A stretch of DNA of 64,000 nucleotides, taken from the NCBI GenBank assembly GCA_963747575.1, contig CAVVFU010000003.1, positions 269,557 through 333,556 of the forward strand, in the 5' to 3' direction. The notes under the pieces are model-generated. The model did not search any database. It saw only the letters and a program-made list of their open reading frames with translations, and had not been told where the DNA came from. The position numbers and the translations under genes are program-made. This document shows positions 31,197 through 41,950 of the stretch, piece after piece (position 1 is the first letter of the stretch; each line of letters opens with the position of its first letter). The stretch is from an uncultured Gemmataceae bacterium. Lineage in GTDB: Bacteria > Planctomycetota > Planctomycetia > Gemmatales > Gemmataceae.

Positions 31197-32804
31197 TTAG
31201 CCTTTCGCCGGCTTGGTCTCCGGCGCCCCATTTGGCATTTCTGGGCTCAGCCGAGCGATGTACTCTGGCAGCTCGACTCCGCCGATGTCCTTGAGGATTT
31301 GCATCATGGGAGGCATCGCCCTGGCCATGCTCTGCAGGAAGCGCGTGGTGTTGCTTGCCCCATCGCCGTTGGCGGCGCCATTGCCGCCACCTTCCCAGAC
31401 GATGACCTTGTCGAACTTGATATTCGAGATAGCCTGTGCCGCGGTAGTGGCCAAGGTGTCCAGATGCTCCAGCATCAAAAGCTGGAATGCCTGCTGTGAG
31501 CCGCCGCAGGCTTCGATGATCTTGCGAAGACCGTCGCCCTTTTTGGCGAGGATCTCGTAAGAGCCGCGTGCCTCGGCGTCGAGCTTGGCGAAAATGGCCG
31601 ACGCCTGGCCTTCCGCTTCGATGCGGCGTTTTTCGGCCTCGGCTTCGGCTTCGACGATGATCCGCGCCTTCTCGGCCTTGGCCGGCGCCTCGACCGCCGC
31701 ACGCCGCTCGGCCTCGACGCGGTCCGCCTGGGCCAGGGCAGCTTTCGCCATCGCCTTGTTTTGCGCCTCCTGGACGGCTGCCTCCGCTTCCCGTCGGCGC
31801 GTCTCGCCCAGCTGGTAGGCATCGGCTTGCTTGACTTGCAGCGTCGCCTGGGCGGCGGCAATCTGCGCCTGCGATTCCGCTTCGCCGCTGATCGCCTTGG
31901 CATTGGCCTCGGCAATGGCAATACGCATCTTGCGCTCGGCGTCCTTGACCTGGGCATCGCGCTCCAGGACGGCTGTCTGCTCGCCGATCTTCTGCTCCTT
32001 GTCGAGCTGGGCCACCTTGACGGCCTGCTCGCGCATCGCATCGCGGGTGCCGATTTCCTTGAGCTTGACCGCGTTGGCCACACTAATCGCCTGTTCGCGC
32101 TCCGCCTCTGCCACGCCGATCTTGCCGAGCTTTTCCTGCTCCGCCACGTCGACTCTGGCTTGCTGGACGGCCTGCGACGCGGCTTTGCGTCCGATCGCCT
32201 CGATATAGCCGGATTCATCGGTGATGTCGGTAATGTTGACGTTGATCAGGACCAGGCCGATTTTGCGCAGCTCAGGTTCCAACCCCATGAGAATGCTGTG
32301 CAGGAACTTCTCGCGATCGCGGTTGATGTCCTCGATTCGCATCGAGGCAATCACCTGCCGCAGCTGGCCGAAAATGATATCCGAGGCCTGGTGGGTGATT
32401 TCGTCTGACGTAAGGCCAAGCATGCGGATGGCGGCGTTTTGCATCACTTCCGGCTCGGTGCCGATGGCCACCGTGAACACGCTGGGAACGTTGACGCGGA
32501 TGTTCTCGATCGACAGCGCCCCCTTGAGCGGCACCTCGATTTGCATGGGTTCGAGGCTGAGGTAGGCGTGATCCTGGATCAGCGGCAGCACGAAGGCCGC
32601 CCCGCCATGGATGCACTTGGAAGTGTTGCCGCCGCCGACTTTGCCGTAAATGACCAGAATGCGGTTGCTCGGGCAACGCTTGTAGCGTTTGACCAGCATC
32701 AGCACGAAGCTGCAAAACAGCAGCGCCGCGGCCAGGACGCTGAAGGTGACCCAAACATAGGCTTCTGGCATGTTGATTTCAGCAAGGACATTGAGGCTGG
32801 ACAT
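31197..32804 (-). CDS. flotillin / SPFH (band 7) family protein
   Basis: N-terminal TM helix, SPFH domain, long Ala/Glu-rich coiled coil (AEAEREQAI..AEQEKLG repeats), flotillin-type C-terminus. Confidence 0.8.
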   Translation of the reverse strand: MSSLNVLAEINMPEAYVWVTFSVLAAALLFCSFVLMLVKRYKRCPSNRILVIYGKVGGGNTSKCIHGGAAFVLPLIQDHAYLSLEPMQIEVPLKGALSIENIRVNVPSVFTVAIGTEPEVMQNAAIRMLGLTSDEITHQASDIIFGQLRQVIASMRIEDINRDREKFLHSILMGLEPELRKIGLVLINVNITDITDESGYIEAIGRKAASQAVQQARVDVAEQEKLGKIGVAEAEREQAISVANAVKLKEIGTRDAMREQAVKVAQLDKEQKIGEQTAVLERDAQVKDAERKMRIAIAEANAKAISGEAESQAQIAAAQATLQVKQADAYQLGETRRREAEAAVQEAQNKAMAKAALAQADRVEAERRAAVEAPAKAEKARIIVEAEAEAEKRRIEAEGQASAIFAKLDAEARGSYEILAKKGDGLRKIIEACGGSQQAFQLLMLEHLDTLATTAAQAISNIKFDKVIVWEGGGNGAANGDGASNTTRFLQSMARAMPPMMQILKDIGGVELPEYIARLSPEMPNGAPETKPAKG

Positions 32805-32814
32805 GGTTGCTCCT

Positions 32815-33390
32815 CTAGGATTGGGCTGCGGAAACCACCTCGACAGTGTCTGGTCCGACCACGGCAACGACCTGAATGGCCGTGCCGGTAGCCAGCGCTT
32901 CTTGACTGGTCACAGCTTGATATTCTACCGTGCGGTTTTGGAGCTTCACGGTGACTTTGCCGGCGCCGCCGTTTTTGCCGGGGACCGACAGGTACACGGT
33001 GCCGGTTTTGCCAACGGCGCGGTCAATGTGCAATGTGCCCTCGGCCTTGAGCTGCTGCATCAGCTTCATGATCCATCCCACCACGAGCAAGGCAGCCACG
33101 CCCGATACGGTCGCGACGCCAAGGTGAAAAACCGGGTCGTCGTCGGTGCCATGGAAGGCGACCATTCCGCCCAACCCGAAAAAGGTCAGGGCGGCAACCA
33201 ACGAACGAAACGTCAGCAGGCTGAAGAACCACCATTCGCGCTCATGACTGTGTTCATTATCGCCCTCGTGATGGCCGACATCGTGGTCGTGGTCGAAGTC
33301 GTGGTGGCCCATCCCCAGCAGGCTGAGCACGAATTGGCAGACCAGCAACGTGCCGCCGACAGCAGCACAGATCATAAAAACAGTATCCAT
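32815..33390 (-). CDS. NfeD-like membrane protein (YqiJ/YuaF-type partner of flotillin)
   Basis: N-terminal TM helices, His/Asp-rich loop, C-terminal OB-fold-like segment (GKVTVKLQNRTVEYQAV); immediately upstream of flotillin. Confidence 0.7.
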   Translation of the reverse strand: MDTVFMICAAVGGTLLVCQFVLSLLGMGHHDFDHDHDVGHHEGDNEHSHEREWWFFSLLTFRSLVAALTFFGLGGMVAFHGTDDDPVFHLGVATVSGVAALLVVGWIMKLMQQLKAEGTLHIDRAVGKTGTVYLSVPGKNGGAGKVTVKLQNRTVEYQAVTSQEALATGTAIQVVAVVGPDTVEVVSAAQS

Positions 33391-33483
33391 GGGTGCACCT
33401 CCGTTCACCAACGGGCCGGGCCGAATGGTTTGCGCCCGCAGGTAATTCGCTGGGGAGCTGTCGATCTTTGCTTTGTTGCCCTA

Positions 33484-33591
33484 AAAAAAGGGGAAAGGCC
33501 CCGTTGCGGGAACGGCACAGGCTGGAAGCCTGTGCTACAGGTAGCACAGGCTTCCAGCCTGTGCCGCTTCGCACAGCGGGGCCTGTCCCCC
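33484..33591. repeat. nested palindromic element (arms AAAAAAAGGGGAAAGGCCCCG / CGGGGCCTGTCCCCCT; inner CACAGGCTGGAAGCCTGTG x2)
   Basis: Shares arm sequences with the 56434 copy and the GTCAGGC/GCCTGAC-type inner hairpin with 10653..10679 and 57188..57253. Confidence 0.5.
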
Positions 33592-34746
33592 TATAGCAAT
33601 TCGCGAATCGGCGCCGCGTCAACGAGCGGCACGGATAGCCCACCGGGCACCGGCAACTGGGTTGCTGGATCAATGCCCAGGCAATGGTAAATGGTTGCCG
33701 CCACTTCCGGGGGACTTACCGGCCGCTCACGCGGCTCGGCTCCCCAGGCATCGGAGGAGCCGATCACCTGGCCGCCACGGATGCCGCCGCCGGCGAGCAG
33801 GATTGACCAGACGCCAGGCCAATGATCGCGGCCGCCGCGCGGGTTCAAACACGGCGTGCGGCCGAACTCGCCCATCGCCACCACCAGCGTCGTATCCAAA
33901 AGCCCGCGCTGATGCAAGTCTTCCAAGAGGGCCGAATAGGCCCGATCGAACAGGGGGCAGAGCGTGGTGCGGTAATCATCCAGGCAGGAATCGAGGGAGT
34001 CGCCATCCGCATGGCTGTCCCATGTCACCTTGTTGAACACCGTGTCGAACATGTTGACCGTGACGATTCCCACGCCGCGCTCCACGAGGCGGCGGGCATG
34101 CAGGCATGAGCGGCCAAATTGATTCAAGCCGTAACGACTCGCCGCAGGGTCTGACCGATCGACTGTGCATGGTCAGAGGTTCGTGCCGTGGTCCAAGAAA
34201 CGCAGCGTCCTGGCCGTGGCTGAGGTCCGCGCCGGTGTCGCCAATTGGCCCCGGAAGAATGACGTGGGATGATGTCCCACGCAGATACGACAACACCGTG
34301 CCGTAGTGCGGGTGGGTTGAGCCCGACTTGAAGACGCGCCCCGTCTGCATCAATTGCAGGCCCGTTTCATGGATTGCCGCCTCTTCATGGTGCAGCGAAC
34401 GCACAATGGCGAAGCGATCCGCCATCTTGGCCATCAGCGGGAAATGCTCGCAAACATCGATTCCGGGAACGGCTGTGCGTATGGGCCTGAATGGGCCGCG
34501 GATGTGGCTGGGAGCATTCGGCTTCAAATCCCAGGTGTCGAGCTGACTGGGGCCGCCCACAAGGATTAGCAGGATGCAATGCTTCGCCTGCCCGCCGCCG
34601 CTTTGAGCTTGGAGAACACCACTGCTAACAAGCGTGGCAGCCCCCACGGCGCTGATGCGCAGGAAATCACGGCGATTCAAGGCACCACAAGGTCGACGGC
34701 TTAGAGAATTCAACATGCTTGACGTCTCCCCTGCCGCGCGGACCAA
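33591..34746 (-). CDS. DUF1501 (sulfatase-like) protein with Tat signal, one frameshift near 34100
   Basis: RRDFLRISAVGAATL twin-arginine motif; DUF1501 N-part in ORF 33976..34746 and C-part (DHWPGVWSILLAGGGIRGGQVIGSSD) in ORF 33591..34127. Confidence 0.75.
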
Positions 34747-34790
34747 ATCAAGCCCACGGGCGACTGCCCGTGGGCTTGGCGGGGAACTGG

Positions 34791-35174
34791 CTAGCTCCCC
34801 TTCTTCTTGTCGTCTGTTTTATCATCCTTGCCCTTGCCTGGATCAACCTTGTCGAGGGCATTCTTCTTGAGCTGGTCTTTCTGCAGGTCGGTAAGCAGCT
34901 TGTAGGCCTCCGCGTACTCATCCTTCTTCAGCTGGTCCATTTGATCCTTCAAGGCGCCGATCTTGGCCTGGTAAGAGCTTACGACAGCCAGGATCGATTT
35001 TTTCTGGTCGCCCGTGATTCCCAGTTTCCCAAACCCCTGCGGCAACGCAGCAGCTTTGGCCGGGGCCTGTGCGTCCTTCTTGGCATCGTCCTTCTTGTCC
35101 TGACCATAACCGTTTTCAGAAAAAAGCACCGCCATTGACGCCAACAGGGCGACGATTAAAGGAAGGCGTTTCAC
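34791..35174 (-). CDS. secreted lysine/aspartate-rich hypothetical protein
   Basis: Signal peptide MKRLPLIVALLASMAVLFS; KKDD-rich low-complexity. Confidence 0.45.
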   Translation of the reverse strand: MKRLPLIVALLASMAVLFSENGYGQDKKDDAKKDAQAPAKAAALPQGFGKLGITGDQKKSILAVVSSYQAKIGALKDQMDQLKKDEYAEAYKLLTDLQKDQLKKNALDKVDPGKGKDDKTDDKKKGS

Positions 35175-35291
35175 AGACTTCTCCTTGACATAGGGTGGAC
35201 GCTGGCACTATCCAATACTACAAACGCGCCGGGGGCCTACGTCAAGAAAAAACCGGGAGAAAAAATGTGGAAGGCAAGAAAAATTGGGGTA

Positions 35292-36134
35292 CTACCGAAA
35301 CTCGTGCTCCTCGGCGGGAAATGTTCCTTCCCGCACCTCCCGGCAAAACTCCTGGACGGCGTTGGTGATGGCCGTCCCTAAATCCGCATACTGCTTGGCG
35401 AAGCGTGGCTGCAGGTCGGCGAACAAGCCCAGCAAGTCGTGCATGACCACGACCTGGCCATCGCAATCGGCTCCCGCGCCGATGCCGATGGTGGGAATCT
35501 TGACCGCCGCCGTCAACTTGGCCGCCACCGCCGCTGGCACGCATTCCACGACCAACGCGAAGGCACCCGCTTTTTCAATCGCCAGGGCATCTTCGAGCAA
35601 TTGCTTTTCGTCCCGCTGCACGCGAAAACCGCCCAGGCGGTTGACCGATTGCGGCGTCAGGCCAACGTGCCCCATCACCGGAATGTCGGCGGCCGCGATG
35701 GCCGCCACGGCCGCCGCGCTGCGGACGCCGCCTTCCAGCTTGACCGCATGGGCGCCGCCTTCCTTGACGAGCCGGCCCGCATTTTCCAGGGCCTGCTGGG
35801 GGCTGAGCTGGAAGCTCATGAATGGCATATCGGCAATCAACAAACTGCGGCGGATGCCACGAGCCACCAGACGCGTGTGATAGATGACCTCTTCGAGAGT
35901 CACCGCCAGCGAATGCGGTTGCCCCTGCACCACCATGCCGAGCGAGTCGCCGACCAGCAGCGCATCAATACCCGCGCCGTCCAGCAATCGAGCCATGGCA
36001 TAATCGTAGCAGGTCAGCACGGTCAAGCGTTGACCGCGAGCCTTGGCGGCAAGGAAATCGGGAACCGTCACCGGCCGCGACGAGGCCGGGGGCCCTGACA
36101 CCCCGTTGACAGTGGATTTTCGCGTCAAAGGCAT
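35292..36134 (-). CDS. panB: 3-methyl-2-oxobutanoate hydroxymethyltransferase
   Basis: LTVLTCYDYAMARLLDGAGIDALLVGDSLGMV..LIADMPF..KLEGG canonical PanB. Confidence 0.85.
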   Translation of the reverse strand: MPLTRKSTVNGVSGPPASSRPVTVPDFLAAKARGQRLTVLTCYDYAMARLLDGAGIDALLVGDSLGMVVQGQPHSLAVTLEEVIYHTRLVARGIRRSLLIADMPFMSFQLSPQQALENAGRLVKEGGAHAVKLEGGVRSAAAVAAIAAADIPVMGHVGLTPQSVNRLGGFRVQRDEKQLLEDALAIEKAGAFALVVECVPAAVAAKLTAAVKIPTIGIGAGADCDGQVVVMHDLLGLFADLQPRFAKQYADLGTAITNAVQEFCREVREGTFPAEEHEFR

Positions 36135-36136
36135 TC

Positions 36137-36682
36137 CTACTTCTTCATTGCCTCAAATGTGCCTGTGAATCCCTTTTTTTGCATGGTCTCGAGGACCTTC
36201 TGGCCATCGAGGTTTTTACCGGTGACCGTCACGTTTTTCATGCTCCCGCCGCCCGTGATTTTGACGGCAACGTCATCATTCTTGAACAGATTCACCATGG
36301 CGGTCTGGCATGAATTGCAGCACATGTGAACGCCCTTGAAGGTCAATTCATCGCCCTTGGCGTCCACCTTGGGCGTGGCAATCGGCACATCTTTGCCGCG
36401 GGCGGTGAACTTCCCGTAAAAGCCCCCGTTCACCAGCGCGGTGAAAGCGTTCTTGGCCACCTCGTCGGATTTGGCCTCGAAGGTGATCTTTTCATCCGCC
36501 TTGCGATCCACCTTGACAGCCGTGAGGCCGTCGACTTTATCGAGGATTCTCCGCACTGACGTCTCGCACGTGCCGCAGCAAAGATGCGTGCCTTCGGCTT
36601 TGCAATTGACCGAACCGGCATCCTGGGCGGCCACCACGCCTGCCGCCAAGGTAAAAACTGCTAAAACCATGAGTTGGCGCAT
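36137..36682 (-). CDS. secreted protein with two tandem HMA-like domains each carrying a CCxxC motif
   Basis: Signal peptide; internal duplication (HLCCGTCETSVRRILDKVDGLT / VHMCCNSCQTAMVNLFKNDDV). Confidence 0.5.
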   Translation of the reverse strand: MRQLMVLAVFTLAAGVVAAQDAGSVNCKAEGTHLCCGTCETSVRRILDKVDGLTAVKVDRKADEKITFEAKSDEVAKNAFTALVNGGFYGKFTARGKDVPIATPKVDAKGDELTFKGVHMCCNSCQTAMVNLFKNDDVAVKITGGGSMKNVTVTGKNLDGQKVLETMQKKGFTGTFEAMKK

Positions 36683-36783
36683 CGCTTAACTCCCTGTAAA
36701 AGAAACCACAGCCCGCCATCTGGCGGGAATGTTAACAAACGCCGGAAAACTTACAAGGACACCTCGCCAAGAGAACCACCATC

Positions 36784-37852
36784 ATGACAACTGAGCGACT
36801 GCGAATCGGTTTGATCGGCGCCGGGGCCAATACCCGTCTGAGGCACATTCCAGGCCTGCTGGCCCAGGAAGGCATCGACATTGTCGCGGTTTGCAATCGC
36901 CGGCCAGAGTCCACGGCAGCCGTGGCCCGCGAGTTTGGCATTCCCCGCACATTCGCCCAGTGGCAAGACCTGGTCGCCGACGACAAGATCGACGCCATCG
37001 TCATCGGCACCTGGCCTTACCTGCATTGCCCCATTACCCTGGCCGCGCTCGAGGCCGGCAAGCATGTCCTCACCGAGGCCCGGCTGGCCATGAATGCCGC
37101 CGAGGCCCTCCAAATGCTCGCCGCCTCCCGCATGTATCCTAATCTAGTGACGCAGGTCGTGCCCAGTCCATTCGGATTAAAAGGCAACGATCTGATGCGG
37201 AAGCTGATCGCCGCGGGTTTCATCGGCGAGTTGCGCGAAGCCCACGTCGTCGGACTCAACGCCGCCCTGGCCGATCCCGCCGGCCCGCTGTCCTGGCGCC
37301 AGGACGCCGCCCTTTCAGGTTACAATATGCTGACGCTGGGCATTGTCCACGAGACGATGCTGCGTTGGTCGCCGCCGCCCGTGAGGGTGCTGGCCCAGGT
37401 CCATGCTTTCGTGCCGACGCCGCATCGACCCGCAAAGCGGCGTCCGTCGGCAGGTTGGGACCCCCGACAGCGTCCAGGTCTTGGCCATTTTAGAAAACGG
37501 CGCGCGGACGGCATACCAATTCAGCGGCGTCATGCCGTTTGGTCAGCGTGCGGGGATTCACCTCTTCGGCACCGAGGGCGTGCTGCATTACGACTTGCTG
37601 GAAGACCGGATTTTCGGCGCCAGCCGCCAGCGCGGCGATGCACCGGGAAAAGATCTGCGTGAGATCCCCATCCCGCCCGAAGATGCCGGCGACTGGCGGG
37701 TCGAGGAGGAATTCGTCGAGGCGATCCGCAAAGGCACGCCGATCCAGCTGACCGATTTTGCTTCCGGGGTAAGGTACATGGAGTTTGCCGAGGCGGTGGC
37801 GCTGAGTGCAGAGCGCGGCGAGGCAGTGGACTTGCCGCTGGGGGAAGACTAA
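36784..37852 (+). CDS. Gfo/Idh/MocA family oxidoreductase, one frameshift near 37420
   Basis: Rossmann N-terminus RIGLIGAGANTRLRHIP; C-terminal domain continues in ORF 37403..37852. Confidence 0.8.
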
Positions 37853-37867
37853 GTTTGGGCCTAGTGT

Positions 37868-39325
37868 TTAGTACTACAGCGCTAGATTACCAGCGTTCGT
37901 CGCTGCTTCTGACGCGATAGTCGGGCGGCTCGATTACGCAACTGATGGTAAACAATGACCTCCGACGTGTGCACGATGGCCGTTGTCCTGCGTCGGATTT
38001 TCTCCTGCCACATCCGGCAGCGTTGGTTCAGCGCACGGCTGACCTGCTCCATCGTGATCTCCGGATTTTTCCCCCCGGAGCCGATCGGTATGTTCGGCGA
38101 CAAATCCCATCACGACCAAGCACAAGATCATGTGCCTCATCAACCCCACGTAGCTGCGCCCTTCGAAATGGCTGAAGCCGATTTCGCTCTTGGCCACGCG
38201 AAAGGCGTGTTCGACATTCCAGCGACTGAACGCCACGCGCAACAGCCGTTCGACTGGCGTGCCGGCCGGCGCGTTGGAGACGAAATACTTTACCTCGTTG
38301 GTTGTCAAATTACGCGCCACGATCAGCCAATGGGGGCGTCCCAACAATCGGCCACGGCGCAGCAAATAAATCGGTCCGGCACGCACGTCCCATTCGTGGT
38401 CGTCCAATGTCAAACGTGCCAGGGCAACCGTGCGCCACGCCGTTCGGTTCAGGGCCGAGCTGAAGCGTGCCAGGTTGTCCACCCGCTTTCCTTTCCAGCC
38501 GTTGCGAGGCCTCTGGCCGCGCGGCTGCACCGCCAAACAGCGGAAATTACGGGGGATTTCGCCGACGTAATACATCCCGGGCCGCGTTTCGAGATTTTCC
38601 AGGAACCCCGGCTTGGCGCCGTAATATTCGTCGAAGGTCAACCAGTCCAACACCAGGCCATTGCCGGCGGCGCGATCCAATTGTTCCAGGGCGATGCACC
38701 ACTTGGATCGATAAACCACGTCCTCGGGAATGGCGGCCGCGCGACAACGGTCGCGGTCCGCGCTCCAGACTTTGGGCAAATACAGGTCCGCGTCAACCAA
38801 CGTCTTGAAGCGTCCGCGGACAACGCCCAGGTGCACCGTGACGATGCAGTTCTCGACCTTGCCGAGCGAGCCACACCATTGCCGGTTGACGCCAGGCGTC
38901 TTCGCTCCTTTCTTGGCGGTCGAGGTTTCATCGATCACGCCAATGGTGCCCAGTTCGTCGACGACCGTCAGCAGCGGTTGTTCGGGCCAGGCGTTGTTGC
39001 AACTGATCGCGCATGCGAAAATGATTCCACACGTGATCGCGCAAAAACTCCTGAAGCGTTCGAACCGCCGTGCCGCACACCAGGGCGATCGGTTCGATGC
39101 TCTTGCGCGGCAGGTCCGAGAGCAGCCCTCGGCAATACGCATGCAAGTGCTCAGCGGTACGGCCCTGACCGAAACAATCCATGAACAGCCGAAGGTAAGC
39201 GGTAAAAGCTTTACCCAAACTAATCATTTGTTTAGGCGTCATGCCAAACCTCCTTGTATTGAAGGAGGTTATATTAATTATCTGTCAGCTGGTATCAGGC
39301 TGAAGTCAGCGCTGTAGTATTAGAT
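37868..39325. mobile_element. IS701-family insertion sequence (~1.46 kb) with imperfect terminal inverted repeats (C/T)AGCGCTGTAGTA(T/C)TA
   Basis: IR at 39308..39325 (cagcgctgtagtattaga) and reverse-complement tagcgctgtagtactaaa at 37868..37885; encloses the transposase gene; AT-rich ends. Confidence 0.7.
37934..39242 (-). CDS. IS701-family DDE transposase, frameshifted (N-term in ORF 38928..39242, remainder in 37934..39142)
   Basis: VIDETSTAKKGAKTPGVNRQWCGSLGKVENCIV..VEHAFRVAKSEIGFSHFEGRS typical IS701 transposase. Confidence 0.75.
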
Positions 39326-39382
39326 GGGTACTATCGCAATAAGACTTCACGTAAGGGCGCCAACTTTAAGAAGGAGACTATC

Positions 39383-40069
39383 GTGCCTTCACCATTCCCG
39401 GGGATGAACCCCTTCTTGGAGCAGGACGATACCTGGTCCGACTTTCACGGCAACTTCATAGTCTGCGCACGGGAAGCAATAAACCGACAACTCGGGGCGA
39501 ATTACTGTGCCAAGATCATGGTGCGGTCAATTCCCCACGAGCTTTCAGCTGAAGAGCGACGCTTCCTTGGTCATGGATCGCCTGTCGTCGACGTCGAGCG
39601 GCAGCGTTTTCTTGAAATCCGAGACCTCCGAAATCGGCCGGTTGTCACTGTCATCGAAGTGCTAAGTCCGCCAAACAAGACTCCGGGATTGCACCAAGAC
39701 GAGTACCTGGCAATGCGCCGGCAAGTGTTGGCCGGATCGACTCATCTTGTGGAGATAGACCTTCGTCGTGGCGGCACGAAGCTTAGTCCTCCAGAATTGC
39801 CGCCCAGTGATTATGGTTTGTTGGTTAGCCGCTACGAAAAACGGCCGATGATGGACTTCTGGCCCGTATCCCTACGGCAGCGACTGCCAGCAATCCCCAT
39901 TCCGCTCATTGCCCCTGACGCCGATATCACTCTGGACTTGCAGGCGGTGCTGGACAGCGCCTACGATGCGGCTCAGTATGGCAAGTACATCTACAGCGAG
40001 GTGCCGGACCCCGCCTTGTTAGGTGATGATGCTAACTGGGCGAATCAGTTTGTTCCCGCGATGGGCTGA
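39383..40069 (+). CDS. DUF4058 family protein
   Basis: Starts MPSPFPGMNPFLEQDDTW, the hallmark DUF4058 N-terminus; paralog at 58687..59445. Confidence 0.7.
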   Translation: MPSPFPGMNPFLEQDDTWSDFHGNFIVCAREAINRQLGANYCAKIMVRSIPHELSAEERRFLGHGSPVVDVERQRFLEIRDLRNRPVVTVIEVLSPPNKTPGLHQDEYLAMRRQVLAGSTHLVEIDLRRGGTKLSPPELPPSDYGLLVSRYEKRPMMDFWPVSLRQRLPAIPIPLIAPDADITLDLQAVLDSAYDAAQYGKYIYSEVPDPALLGDDANWANQFVPAMG

Positions 40070-40080
40070 CATCCGGAACT

Positions 40081-41950
40081 TCATTTTCCCGCCTTCATCA
40101 CCGGCAAACTCACATGTGTCGGAAACTCCGCAGACCGGTACACCCGTTGTTCCGCCGACTGAAAATCCGCATCCTTCGCCGCGAAGATATTGTCGACAAA
40201 TTTTTGCGGGTTCCGATCGATGAGCGGGAACCAGGAACTGGCCACCTGCACCATGATCCGGTGGCCCTTTTGGAAGCAGTGGTGACTGCCGTGCAGGTCG
40301 ATCGTGAACGGCGTCACCTGTCCGGGCACCAGCGGCTCGGGTTTCTCAAAGCTCTTGTGGAAGCGGGCCCGCAGAACCTCGCCGGCCACCAGAAGCTGAT
40401 AGCCGCCCAGCGACGGATCCTTGGGGTAGCTCTCGGGATAGACATCGATAAGGCGCACGATCCAGTCGCAGTCGGTGCCCGTCGTTGACGCAAAGAGACG
40501 GGCGGCGAGGTTGCCGGCCACGACCACGTCTTCTTTGAGCGTCTCGGTTTCCCAGCTGAGCACGTCGGGGCGCTGGTGGGCGAAGCGCTGGTCTTCTACT
40601 TGCCACACAGGCCACTCGGGGCCTGGGTAGGTCGGGGCCACGGGCCGCGGCCGATACGGCACGGGACGCGCCGGATCGGAGACGTAGGTGTCAAATGGAG
40701 CTGACGCTGCCGCGGGCGGCGGCTCGAATGACAGCTTGCCGTTTGCCTGGCAGTAGAGCTTGTGCTCGGTGGTCTCAGCCAAAGGCGGCCATTTGTCGTG
40801 CGTGAGCCAGCGATTGGTGCCGGTCTCGAAGACCAGAGCTTCGGGCTGCTCCAGTTTGCCCTTATCCTTGAGGTGGAAGGCGAACCACGGCGCCTGCACT
40901 TTTTCGCGGAAATGCTTGGCCGTGGCGCTGTCGAAGGCAATCTTGCCGAGCTTGTCGCCCTTGCCGGCTGACCAGCCGCCGTGGTTCCACGGGCCGACGA
41001 CAAGAAAGTTCTGGTTCCTGGCGTCGTGCTTTTCCAACAGTTCGTAAATCTTGAGCGGGCCGTAAAAATCCTCCTGGTCGAACCAGCCGGCCACGTTGAG
41101 CGTCGGCACCGTGACCTTGGTCAGATAGGGAGCGAAGGCTTGCTTTTGCCAGAAGGCGTCGTAATTGGGATGGCCGACGAAGTCGTTCCAGGTCGGCATT
41201 TTGCCGTGAAAGTATTTGTCATTGACGTTGGACAGGGCGCCGAGCCGCAGAAACCAGTCGAAGGTGTCGTGCCGATCGAACTTGAAAGTGAAATTGACCT
41301 TGCTCGTCTCCATCCTGGCGACATATTCGAAACCGTAGCTCAGCCGAAACGCCCCATTGTGATGAAAATCGTCGCCAAGAAACTGGTCGGCCGGCGAGGC
41401 CTGCGGCGACACCGCTTTGAGCGCCGGGTGCGGCTCGAGCATGGCCATCACCGTCAACCAGCCGTCGTAGGACACGCCAAGCATGCCGACCCGGCCATTG
41501 TGGCCCTGGACGTTTTTCAAAAGCCAGTCGATGGTGTCGTAGGCATCGGTGCCTTCGTCGATGGCCTTGGGATCGGCCTTGTCGCGCGGGCTGCGCGACA
41601 TGACGAATTGCCCTTCGGAATTGTGCCGGCCACGGATGTCCTGAAACACGAAGATGTAGCCTTCCTTGTCGAGGTCTTCAAGATACGCCTGCATAAAGCG
41701 TTCGGGCCGGCCATCGATGCCGTAAGGGGTGCGCAAGAAGACAAAGGGCAGCGGGCCTTTACTGCCCTTGGGCACATAGACGGCAGTGTTCGAGCTGAAC
41801 GCCGTCACGCATGGCGACCATGGCTTTGGTCGCGGTGTAGCGTTGGCCGAAGCTCGGCAGCGGTTGGGCTGGGGCCGACCCCACCAAGAGAAAGGCGAGC
41901 ATGGAAAAGGGCAAGACAAACAGCAAGCCTGCACGAGTTTTGAGTTTCAT
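40081..41950 (-). CDS. secreted CocE/NonD-family hydrolase (S15 X-Pro dipeptidyl-peptidase-like), frameshift near 41800
   Basis: Signal peptide in ORF 41759..41950; alpha/beta hydrolase with GVSYDG nucleophile elbow-like motif; start overlaps upstream MBL gene stop (ATGA). Confidence 0.8.

Noticed and set aside
31475-32218. Arg/Ser/Pro-rich 247-aa minus-strand ORF and multiple plus-strand ORFs inside the flotillin gene
   Set aside because: Alternative frames of the Ala/Glu-rich coiled-coil region of flotillin; compositionally biased, no domains.
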